Shown here piece after piece: positions 9,033-16,986 of a stretch of DNA of 64,000 nt. Each line of letters begins with the position of its first letter. Position 1 is the stretch's first letter. The stretch spans positions 224,222-288,221 of the forward strand of contig JAUSAZ010000210.1 in the NCBI GenBank assembly GCA_030652255.1, in the 5' to 3' direction. The translations under genes were made by a program, and so were the position numbers. This DNA comes from Myxococcales bacterium. GTDB taxonomy: Bacteria > Myxococcota_A > Polyangia > Polyangiales > Ga0077539. The notes beneath the pieces were generated by a model. It was not told where the DNA came from. It was given only the letters and a program-made list of their open reading frames with translations, and ran no database searches.

Positions 9033-11201
9033 ATGGCCGACGTAGAAGCGCTCCTCAAGCGAATGGTCGAACAGAAGGCGTCCGACCTCTTCCTGTCGGA
9101 GGGTCGGCCGCCGTCGATGCGGGTCAACGGCGCGCTCGCGGCGCAGGGCGACGCCGCGCTCGAGCACCAGACGCTCAAGAACTTCATGGACGCGGTGCTG
9201 CGCCCCACGCAGCGCGAAGCCTTCGAGCGGCTGGGCGACGTCGACGTCGGCATCAGCCGCCCGGGCCTCGGGCGCTTCCGCGCGCACTTCCATCTCCAGC
9301 GGGGCCTGCTCGGGGCGGTCATCCGGCTGGTGCCCGGCGGGCAGCTCGACTTCGACGTGCTCGGGCTGCCCGAGGTCGTCGGCACCCTGGCGGAGTCGCC
9401 GCGGGGCCTCGTGCTCGTCACCGGCAGCACCGGGTCGGGCAAGAGCACCACCCTCGCGGCGATGGTGCACCACATCAACACCCGCTACGCGCGCCACATC
9501 GTCACCCTCGAAGACCCGATCGAGTTCGTGCACGAGGACATCAAGGCCCTCATCACCCAGCGGGAGGTGGGCAGCGACACGCGGGACTTCACCCTCGCGC
9601 TGCGCCACGTCGTGCGCGAGAGCCCGGACGTCATCCTCATCGGCGAGATGCGCGACGCCGAGACGATGAACGTCGCGCTCTCCGCGGCGCTCACCGGTCA
9701 CCTCGTGCTGAGCAGCGTGCACACCATCGACGCGGTGCAGACGCTGCAGCGCATCCTCGGGTACTACCCCGAGCACCTCCGCGAGCAGGTGGCGATGGAC
9801 CTCTCGCTCTGCCTCCAGGGGGTCGTGGCGCAGCGCCTCGTGCCGCGCGCGGAGGGCGAGGGGCGGGTCGCGGCGGTGGAGGTGGTGGTCGCGACGCCGC
9901 CGGTGCGCAAGCTCATCCGCGAGCAGCGGGTCGACGAGATCGAAGACCTCATGCTCCAGGGCTCGGACGGGATGCAGACCTTCAACCGCGCGCTGGTGTC
10001 GCTCTACGACCGCGGCGTGGTGAGCTACGAGACCGGCGCTGCGTACGCGACCAACCCCGACGAGTTCCGCATGAACGCGCAGGGCATGGAGCGCGGCTCG
10101 TCGGCCTTCGTCGCGGAGCACGACGCCCTGCCCGCGGTGGGCAGCGTCGACATGCGAACGCTGCTCAACATCGCGCTGCGCTACGGGGCGAGCGACATCC
10201 ACCTCGTGGTGGGCTCGGCGCCGATCTTCCGCATCCACGGCAAGCTGCGGCGGCTGGAGGTCGACTCCCTCTCGCCGGGCGACGTGCGCCGGCTGCTCTT
10301 CTCGCTGCTCTCGCACGGCCAGCGCGAGAGCTTCGAGCTCGACCGGGAGCTCGACTTCGCGCTCACGGTCACCGGCAAGCACCGCTTCCGCGTCAACGCG
10401 CACTTCCAGCGCGGCACCGTGGCCGTCGCGCTGCGGCTCATCCCCAACGCCATCCCCGAGGCCTCGACGCTCGGCCTGCCGCCCATCGTGCGCGAGCTCG
10501 CCACGAAGCCCCACGGGCTCGTGCTGGTCACCGGTCCCACGGGCGCCGGCAAGAGCACCACCCTGGCCACCATGATCGACCAGGTGAACTCGTCGCGCAG
10601 CTGCCACATCATCACCATCGAAGACCCGATCGAGTTCGTGCACTACAACCGCATGGCGACGGTCGAGCAGCGCGAGGTGGGCCCCGACACGCGCAGCTTC
10701 GCGGCGGCGCTGAAGTTCATCCTGCGGCAGGACCCGGACGTCATCCTCATCGGCGAGCTGCGGGACATCGAGACCATCTCCGCGGCGCTCACCGCGGCGG
10801 AGACGGGCCACCTGGTGCTCGCGACGCTGCACACCAACGACGCGCCGCAGACCGTCGATCGCATGGTGGACGTGTTCCCGCCGCACCAGCAGGCGCAGGC
10901 GCGGGTGCAGCTCTCCGCGGCGCTGCAGGCCGTGGTGTCGCAGCGGCTGCTCACCCGCGCCGACGGCAAGGGCCGCATCGCATGCTTCGAGGTCATGGTC
11001 GCGACCGCGGCGGTGCGCGCCATCATCCGCGAGGGCAAGACGCACCAGCTCCTGAGCACCATGGAGACGGGCTCCCGCGACGGCATGATCACCATGGACC
11101 GGGCGGTGGTCGACCTCGTGAAGGCCGGGCACATCACCGTGGAGGAGGGCGCGCGCTACATGCGCAACCCGATGACCCTGAAGGGCCTCGCGGATGCCTG
11201 A
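9033..11201 (+). CDS. Tandem (duplicated) PilT/PilU-family type IV pilus retraction-type ATPase, 722 aa
   Basis: Two complete PilT modules. Half 1: GSTGSGKST, VTLEDPIEF, DVILIGEMRD, TGHLVLSSVHT. Half 2: GPTGAGKST, ITIEDPIEF, DVILIGELRD, TGHLVLATLHT, AVRAIIREGKTHQL. The two Walker A motifs lie 370 aa apart. Confidence 0.85.
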   Translation: MADVEALLKRMVEQKASDLFLSEGRPPSMRVNGALAAQGDAALEHQTLKNFMDAVLRPTQREAFERLGDVDVGISRPGLGRFRAHFHLQRGLLGAVIRLVPGGQLDFDVLGLPEVVGTLAESPRGLVLVTGSTGSGKSTTLAAMVHHINTRYARHIVTLEDPIEFVHEDIKALITQREVGSDTRDFTLALRHVVRESPDVILIGEMRDAETMNVALSAALTGHLVLSSVHTIDAVQTLQRILGYYPEHLREQVAMDLSLCLQGVVAQRLVPRAEGEGRVAAVEVVVATPPVRKLIREQRVDEIEDLMLQGSDGMQTFNRALVSLYDRGVVSYETGAAYATNPDEFRMNAQGMERGSSAFVAEHDALPAVGSVDMRTLLNIALRYGASDIHLVVGSAPIFRIHGKLRRLEVDSLSPGDVRRLLFSLLSHGQRESFELDRELDFALTVTGKHRFRVNAHFQRGTVAVALRLIPNAIPEASTLGLPPIVRELATKPHGLVLVTGPTGAGKSTTLATMIDQVNSSRSCHIITIEDPIEFVHYNRMATVEQREVGPDTRSFAAALKFILRQDPDVILIGELRDIETISAALTAAETGHLVLATLHTNDAPQTVDRMVDVFPPHQQAQARVQLSAALQAVVSQRLLTRADGKGRIACFEVMVATAAVRAIIREGKTHQLLSTMETGSRDGMITMDRAVVDLVKAGHITVEEGARYMRNPMTLKGLADA

Positions 11202-11706
11202 GGGAGAGCGTCGCCGGACGGCGGCGAACCGAGTCCGCCGGCTGCTCGACGGCCCCCCCGGGGTCACGACGAGGCAGGCCATCGAGAGCGCGATCACCGT
11301 GACGCGCCTCGCGGTCGAGCAGCTCGTGAACGACCGCGCCCTCTTCTCGCAGTCGATCGACCGGGTGTGCGAGTGGCTCGACGGCGCCGTGGGCGAGGAG
11401 GCGCTGGTGCTGATGCGAGCGGACATCGCCGCCGCCGCGACGCGGGCCGACCGCGAGGACGACCGCGGCGCGTGGCTGGCGATGGAGGCCGTGGTGTCGC
11501 TGCTCGACACCGCGCTCGCGCGTGACCCGTGGGCCATGGGGCACCACGGATGGCGCGCGGTGATGTGCGCGGCCGAGTCGATGGCCTGGCCCGACGTCGA
11601 CGCGCCGGAGGTCTTCGACGAGGTCGACGCGAGGCTCCACGACGCCCTCGATCGCAGCGGGGCGCCCGACGGGGCCGAGACGAGGGTCTCGCTCCACGCT
11701 CGCTGA
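11194..11706 (+). CDS. Hypothetical acidic helical protein, 170 aa
   Basis: Its ATG overlaps the tandem-PilT stop by 8 nt (ATGCCTGA). Third-codon positions are strongly G/C by eye. No family recognised. Confidence 0.55.
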   Translation: MPEGERRRTAANRVRRLLDGPPGVTTRQAIESAITVTRLAVEQLVNDRALFSQSIDRVCEWLDGAVGEEALVLMRADIAAAATRADREDDRGAWLAMEAVVSLLDTALARDPWAMGHHGWRAVMCAAESMAWPDVDAPEVFDEVDARLHDALDRSGAPDGAETRVSLHAR

Positions 11707-11743
11707 CCCGGGCGGAGGGGGGAGGGAGGGCCCCGCCCCGTCG

Positions 11744-13345
11744 TCAGTGGGGCAGGAACATCGGCAGGTCGCCGCCGGGCTCCGGGGCGGGTCGGCGGAC
11801 GTGCGTGCGGCCACCGCCGTTGGACGGGCGCGAATTGGCGGGCGCGGCCGCGGGGGGAGTCGGCGCCGCGACGGGTGCGAGGTCGACGGAGGCGCTGGCG
11901 GAGTTGCCGTCGAGCACGACCGGGAGGCGCGTGGCGCCGAGGGTGAGCACGACGGGGCGGGTACCCCCGACGGGGACGGACACCGCGCAGGGCGTGGCGG
12001 CGCAGAGCTCGACCCCGGAGGCCTCGGTGATGCGGGCGCCCGCGGGCGTCGTCTGGACGACGACCATGCGCGCCGCGGCAGCGGGCGCGGGCGCGACGAC
12101 CGGGGCGAGCACCGTGGTGGGGGACGTGGAGGGCGGTGCGGCGGCAGCGGGCACGATCGGCGCCGCGGGGGCGCGCAGGAGGACCGCGGCGCCGAGACCC
12201 AGGGCGATGAGGCCGAGCGCCACGAGGACGGCCACGAGCGGCGAGCGACGGGGCGCGGGGGCGGTGGGGAAGCCCGGAGAGGAGTTGGTCGCGCTGTGCA
12301 TCGCCGCGCGCAGCACCTCGGAGTGGGCGATGGGCGTCGAGGTGGGATCGGGCGAGACCCGGCCGGTGGAGGTCATCGCCCCGGCGGGGACCACCCCGGA
12401 GCCCGAAGCGCCGAAGCGCCCGCTGCCGTCCGACGAGACCATCCAGCGGGACATCTCGCCGCCGAGCGGCAGCAGCGCCCGACGGAACTCCTCCACGTTG
12501 GCGAAGCGCTCGGAGGGGAGCTTGGCGATGGCGCGCATCACCACGTCCGCGAGGGCGGCGGGCACGTCGGGCGCGCGGGCGAGCAGCGGGATCGGCGGCT
12601 CGGCGATGATCTGCCGCAGCAGCACGAAGCGGTCGCGCCCGTCGTAGGGGAGCGCGCCGGACAGCATCTCGTAGAGCGTGACCCCCATCGCGTAGACGTC
12701 GATACGCTGGTCCGGCGCGTCGCCCGCGACCTGCTCCGGGGCCATGTAGCGGAGCGTGCCCACCATCGAGCCCTGGGCCGTGTGGTTGGGGTCGCCCGCC
12801 TCGGCCTCGGTGAGCTTCGCGACCCCGAAGTCGAGCACCTTCACGTGGTCGCCGTCGTCGGTGCGGTGGACGAAGATGTTCTCGGGCTTCAGGTCGCGGT
12901 GGATGACCCCCGCCGCGTGCGCGGTGCGCAGCGCCTGGAGGCACTGCGCGGCGATGACCACCGCGCGCTCGGGCGCGAGCCGCCCCTCGCGGCGGAGCAG
13001 CGTGCGCAGGGGTTCACCCTCCAGCAGCTCCATGACGAGCAGGAGGTTGCCCTGGGTGTCGCGACCGAAGTCGATGAGCTGGACGATGTTGGGGTGGGTG
13101 AGCCGCGCGATGACGTTGGCCTCCCGCACGAAGCGCGCGAGGCCCGACGCGTTGGAGGCGTGCTCGGGCAGCAGCATCTTCACGGCCACGAAGCGGCCGA
13201 CGGAGCGCTGCACCGCGCGGTACACCGACCCCATGCCGCCGACGCCGATCTCCTCGAGGATCTCGAAGCGGCTCTCGTCGATGTCCGGCACACCGGCGTC
13301 GGAGCGCATCGATCGGGAGAGGTCGGCGGAGAAGGAGTTGTTCAT
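11744..13345 (-). CDS. Ser/Thr protein kinase with a transmembrane (TM) helix and a C-terminal PEGA-like domain, 533 aa
   Basis: Kinase motifs GVGGMGSVY, VAVK, HRDLKPENIF, DFGVAK and GTLRYMAPE. TM segment LVAVLVALGLIALGLGAAVLL. The extracytoplasmic tail reads ..VVVQTTPAGARI..CAATPCAVSVP.. (PEGA-like). Confidence 0.9.
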   Translation of the reverse strand: MNNSFSADLSRSMRSDAGVPDIDESRFEILEEIGVGGMGSVYRAVQRSVGRFVAVKMLLPEHASNASGLARFVREANVIARLTHPNIVQLIDFGRDTQGNLLLVMELLEGEPLRTLLRREGRLAPERAVVIAAQCLQALRTAHAAGVIHRDLKPENIFVHRTDDGDHVKVLDFGVAKLTEAEAGDPNHTAQGSMVGTLRYMAPEQVAGDAPDQRIDVYAMGVTLYEMLSGALPYDGRDRFVLLRQIIAEPPIPLLARAPDVPAALADVVMRAIAKLPSERFANVEEFRRALLPLGGEMSRWMVSSDGSGRFGASGSGVVPAGAMTSTGRVSPDPTSTPIAHSEVLRAAMHSATNSSPGFPTAPAPRRSPLVAVLVALGLIALGLGAAVLLRAPAAPIVPAAAAPPSTSPTTVLAPVVAPAPAAAARMVVVQTTPAGARITEASGVELCAATPCAVSVPVGGTRPVVLTLGATRLPVVLDGNSASASVDLAPVAAPTPPAAAPANSRPSNGGGRTHVRRPAPEPGGDLPMFLPH

Positions 13346-13374
13346 CAGGCGCCCGCGGAGGGGAGTGGGAGCAC

Positions 13375-14133
13375 CTACGGCGCCGGGTCGGCCGCCGGGG
13401 TCTGCGTGAAGTACAGCACCACGGCCACGACACCCGCAACCAGGGCGGTGCCGAACGCAATGTCCGCCCCCAGCGCGAGCCCGCCGCCCCGATCGTAGGC
13501 CGCCGCCCGATCGTTGCCTGCGCGGGAGGCGTTGAAGTCCGACTGCGCCGAGAGCGCGAGCCCGCCCAGCACGCCCCCGGCGATGACCCCCGCCGCCGCG
13601 ACGCCGCCCGCGGCCATCACCGGGACCGTCAGCCGCCGGTGCACGGACGCCGTGGCCATCTGCCGCCGGCGCTCCTCCTCCAGGCGCACCCGCTCGGCCT
13701 CCGCGGCCTGCGCGCGCGCGGCCTCGAGGGCCTGCTGCTGCGCCGCCTGCTCGGCCGCCTGCCGCGCCTGGTCGGCGGCCTGCGCCTCCGCCGCGCGGCG
13801 CTGCGCGGTCGCCATCGCCTCACGCGCGATCGCGCCCGCCTCGGCGTCGGGGTTCGTCTGGAGGAAGCGGTTGTAGTAGTCGACCGCCACCGTGAAGGAC
13901 CCCGCGCGCTCGTGCGCCCGGCCGAGGTTGTAGAGCAGCCGCGGGAGGGGCCGGATCGCGTAGGCCCGCTCGAGCTCGACGATGGCCTCGCGCGCCTGGC
14001 CGGCCTCGTAGTGCTGCACCGCCGACCGCAGCAGGGCGTCGAACTCGCGCCGCTGGTCGCGCGTCTGCCCGGCGGCCGCCGACGCCACCAGCAGCGCCGC
14101 GGTGAATACCGACACCCGTAAGTTGGACTTCAT
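13375..14133 (-). CDS. Secreted or membrane TPR protein with a coiled coil and C-terminal hydrophobic helices, 252 aa
   Basis: Signal peptide MKSNLRVSVFTAALLVASAAAGQ, TPR-like AYAIRPLPRLLYNLGRAHERAGSF..AVDYYNRFL, an A/Q/E-rich coil, and two hydrophobic segments. Its ATG overlaps the upstream gene's stop (ATGA). Confidence 0.7.
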   Translation of the reverse strand: MKSNLRVSVFTAALLVASAAAGQTRDQRREFDALLRSAVQHYEAGQAREAIVELERAYAIRPLPRLLYNLGRAHERAGSFTVAVDYYNRFLQTNPDAEAGAIAREAMATAQRRAAEAQAADQARQAAEQAAQQQALEAARAQAAEAERVRLEEERRRQMATASVHRRLTVPVMAAGGVAAAGVIAGGVLGGLALSAQSDFNASRAGNDRAAAYDRGGGLALGADIAFGTALVAGVVAVVLYFTQTPAADPAP

Positions 14134-15467
14134 CGGTCGGCCCCTCCGGTGGAGCATCGGAACCCGCCCACGGCCTCGCCGCGGTCGCCGTCGAGCCAGC
14201 GGCGGATGCCCACGCGCAGGTCGGTGGAGCTGTAGTTGCGGCCGCGGAGCATGCGGCAGTTCTGGCAGTACACGCCGCCCGCGGCCTGGTTGATGGGCGA
14301 GCCCATCGCGGGCCCGAGCGGGCCGTTGGGGTACATCGCGCACCACCCGTCCGGGGCGAGAGACATGTAGTAGTTGTTGCGGGTGTGCATGGGGTCGGTG
14401 TCGTGGAAGTCCCACATCCACTCGTTGGCGTTGCCGTACAGGTGGAACACCCCCTCCATCGATCGGCTCATCGGGAGCGCGTCGAAGTCCACGAGCTGGC
14501 GGCTGCAGGTGCGGCCCATGGCGTCGACGGCCACGTTGGCGCGGTCGCAGGTCACCGGGTCGTTGCCCCAGGGGTAGGTGCGGGTGAAGTCCGCCCCCTT
14601 CACCGCGCGAAACCACTCCGCCTCGGTGGGCAGGTGCTTGCCGGCCCATCGGCAGTACCGGTCGGCGCCGAACCAGGTGACGTTGACCACCGGGAGCCGG
14701 TTGCTCGACGCGTCGACCGGCGCCCATTGCGCGCCGCGGAGCTGGAAGGTCACCGGGGTGACCTCCGCGCCGATGAACGCGAGGGGCACCTCCGTCGCGC
14801 CGTCGTCGAGGATGAGGTAGCGGCCGTAGCGCACGGTGCTGTTCATCGGCGCGCGGGGCTCGGCGATGCGCAGCCGAGCGCCGCCCGCCGCGAGGGCCGA
14901 GAGGTACGTCGCGTAGGCCTGGACGGAGACCTCGTACTTGTCGAGCCCGAAGGCCGCGAGGCAGACGTTGTGCGCGGGCGCGTCGTCCCCCTCGCCGTAC
15001 GCCGGGTCGTCGCTGCCGATGGGGAGGTTCTGCGACGGCGGGAAGTTCTGGACGCAGGTGGCCTGGTTGTCGACCGCGCCGTCGCAGTCGTCGTCGAGGC
15101 CGTTGTTGCAGACCTCAGCGCTGGCCGGCGAGGTGCGGCGCACGCACTCCAGCCGCGCGCCGCCGCGGCAGCGCAGCACCCCGTCGCGGCACATCCCGGG
15201 CACGCGCATCGCCGGCTCGCACACGCCGAAGCTCTCGGCCTCGTCGGCGACGCCGTCGTGGTCGTCGTCGACGCCGTTGCAAAGCTCCACCGCGGGCACC
15301 TCGCAGTAGTGGCGCTGCGGGTTGCAGCTCTGCCCGCGCGGGCAGTCGGCGTCGCGCTCGCAGTCGGTGAAGTCCACCACCACGCTACAGTCCGCCGCCA
15401 TCGCCGCCAGCAGCACCGCCGCGGCGCGGGCCGGGGCCCCTCCAGAACCAACGCTCGGTCGAACCAT
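14130..15467 (-). CDS. FGE-sulfatase (SUMF1/EgtB-like) domain protein with N-terminal Cys-rich MopE-like repeats, 445 aa
   Basis: Signal-like N-terminus, then CNGVDDDHDGVADE and CNNGLDDDCDGAVDN repeats. FGE-type motifs NVTWFGADRYCRWAGKHLPTEAEW, YPWGN, GNANEWMWD, RGRNYSS. The start is taken at MVRPSVG (15467); the track ORF begins at 15515. Confidence 0.8.
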   Translation of the reverse strand: MVRPSVGSGGAPARAAAVLLAAMAADCSVVVDFTDCERDADCPRGQSCNPQRHYCEVPAVELCNGVDDDHDGVADEAESFGVCEPAMRVPGMCRDGVLRCRGGARLECVRRTSPASAEVCNNGLDDDCDGAVDNQATCVQNFPPSQNLPIGSDDPAYGEGDDAPAHNVCLAAFGLDKYEVSVQAYATYLSALAAGGARLRIAEPRAPMNSTVRYGRYLILDDGATEVPLAFIGAEVTPVTFQLRGAQWAPVDASSNRLPVVNVTWFGADRYCRWAGKHLPTEAEWFRAVKGADFTRTYPWGNDPVTCDRANVAVDAMGRTCSRQLVDFDALPMSRSMEGVFHLYGNANEWMWDFHDTDPMHTRNNYYMSLAPDGWCAMYPNGPLGPAMGSPINQAAGGVYCQNCRMLRGRNYSSTDLRVGIRRWLDGDRGEAVGGFRCSTGGADR

Positions 15468-15558
15468 CCCGCGGAGGATATCGCCATTTCCCCCCGCGGC
15501 GGCAGTCCATGACAAGACGGACGCGACGCAGGGGTTTGCGCGGCGGGGGAGTCGGTCT

Positions 15559-16536
15559 ATGGTCGCCCCGGTGAGGCTTCAACGCACGGCATCGAGGCAG
15601 GGTCGGCGGGCGAGGCAGCTGGGCAAGGATCTCGCGCTCGCGATCGAAAACCTCGGGGAGATGCTCCTGGCCTGCGCCGAGCTTCCGCCGCAGTACACGC
15701 GGCTCGCGGAGGCGCTCGCCGGGGGGCGCTCGGTCGTCCCGCTCGACGGCGAGGTCACCGACTGGCCCGCGCGGCTGCGCTCTACCCGCGCGGTCGCCGA
15801 GGTCCGCGTTGCCCGCCCGGGCGACCGCGCCCGCGGGCTGCGCGCCTGGCTGGGCGCCGGGCTCTCTGCGTGGCTCGCCGCCGCGCTCGACGAGCGCGCC
15901 GCCCTCGGGTGGGTGCTCGCCGGCCCCATCGACGGCTGCGCCGACGCGCGCGACGCGCTCCTCGCCGCGGTGGCGCCCGTCGCCCAGGCGCACGCCACCT
16001 GGTACGCCGCCGGGGCCGAGCGCGAGACCGTCCCGTGGATCAACCTCGCCTCGCGCCTCGCGCTCGAAGAGGCCATCGACCGCTGGGTGGCGCTCGGCTT
16101 CGACGCCGACCTGCCCCGCTACGTGAGCGTCTGGCAGCGGGCCGCCTCGCGCTGGGTCGAGCAGGTGGTGGGCTCCGCTGTCGACGTCTCGCTGAGCGAC
16201 CTCGGGGCGCTGCGCTCCCTGCGCGAGCTTCTGGCGGAGTTCGCCACGCGCCGGGTGCCCGGCGGGCGCGTGAAGCGCATGGCGGCCGAGCGGCTGGCGG
16301 TGTCCGAGGCCGAGGTCACCCGGCTGCTCACGGTGCAGGCCGCCGTGATGCAGCGGGTCGACCCGCAGGAGGTGCTGCGGCGCCGGGCGTCGGTGGTCCG
16401 CCCCATCGCGAAGGCCGCCGCCGAGCTCGCGGCGAGGGGCGACGGCAAGGTCCCCACGGTCGCCGCGGTGGCGCGTCGGGCGAAGGTGCACCCGGCGCTG
16501 GTCGAGCTCTGCCTCGAGGCGCTCGATCCCCGCTGA
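15559..16536 (+). CDS. Hypothetical protein, 325 aa, with possible C-terminal helix-turn-helix (HTH) segments
   Basis: ATG at 15559 in the long ORF frame. C-terminal stretches (RMAAERLAVSEAEVTRLL, PTVAAVARRAKVHPALVELCLEAL) look like sigma region-4-style HTH, but this assignment is weak. Confidence 0.5.
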   Translation: MVAPVRLQRTASRQGRRARQLGKDLALAIENLGEMLLACAELPPQYTRLAEALAGGRSVVPLDGEVTDWPARLRSTRAVAEVRVARPGDRARGLRAWLGAGLSAWLAAALDERAALGWVLAGPIDGCADARDALLAAVAPVAQAHATWYAAGAERETVPWINLASRLALEEAIDRWVALGFDADLPRYVSVWQRAASRWVEQVVGSAVDVSLSDLGALRSLRELLAEFATRRVPGGRVKRMAAERLAVSEAEVTRLLTVQAAVMQRVDPQEVLRRRASVVRPIAKAAAELAARGDGKVPTVAAVARRAKVHPALVELCLEALDPR

Positions 16537-16573
16537 GGGGACGAATTCCCCGTTAGCCGAAGGAGTGGAGCGA

Positions 16574-16972
16574 ATGATCCGTCGCATCGTCGTGGGCTAC
16601 GATTTCACCGAGGCCTCGGACGACGCCCTCACCTGGGCCCTCGACCTCGCGGAGCCGCTCCAGGCCACCATCAACGTCGTGCACATCGCGGACAGCAGCG
16701 ACGACAGCGACCCCAAGGTGATCGAGCGGCGCACGGCCCTCGCGCGGGTCGCCGAGGACGCCGGGCCGCGGGTCACCAGCCAGCTCGCGCTCGGGAGCGA
16801 CGTGGCGAGGGCGCTCGTCGACATCGCGGAGGAGGCCAACGCCGACCTCATCGTGGTGGCCACCCGGCAGGTGTCGGCGATGCAGCGGTGGTTCCTCGGC
16901 AGCGTCGCGGTGGAGCTCATCCGCTCGGCGCACTGCCCGGTGGTCACCGTCCGCAGCGGCGAAGACGAGTGA
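16574..16972 (+). CDS. Universal stress protein (UspA family), 132 aa
   Basis: RIVVGYDFTEAS..., ADLIVVATRQ..., FLGSVAVELIRSAHCPVVTV. A GAAGGAG SD lies 8 nt upstream of ATG 16574, so the track's GTG at 16565 is too close to the SD. Confidence 0.8.
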   Translation: MIRRIVVGYDFTEASDDALTWALDLAEPLQATINVVHIADSSDDSDPKVIERRTALARVAEDAGPRVTSQLALGSDVARALVDIAEEANADLIVVATRQVSAMQRWFLGSVAVELIRSAHCPVVTVRSGEDE

Positions 16973-16986
16973 CCCGCCGATAGGTT

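Noticed and set aside
16537-16551. Hairpin GGGGA-cgaat-TCCCC after the 15559-16536 gene, as an intrinsic terminator
   Set aside because: The stem is only 5 bp, there is no U-tract, and the usp SD follows immediately. This is too weak to call.
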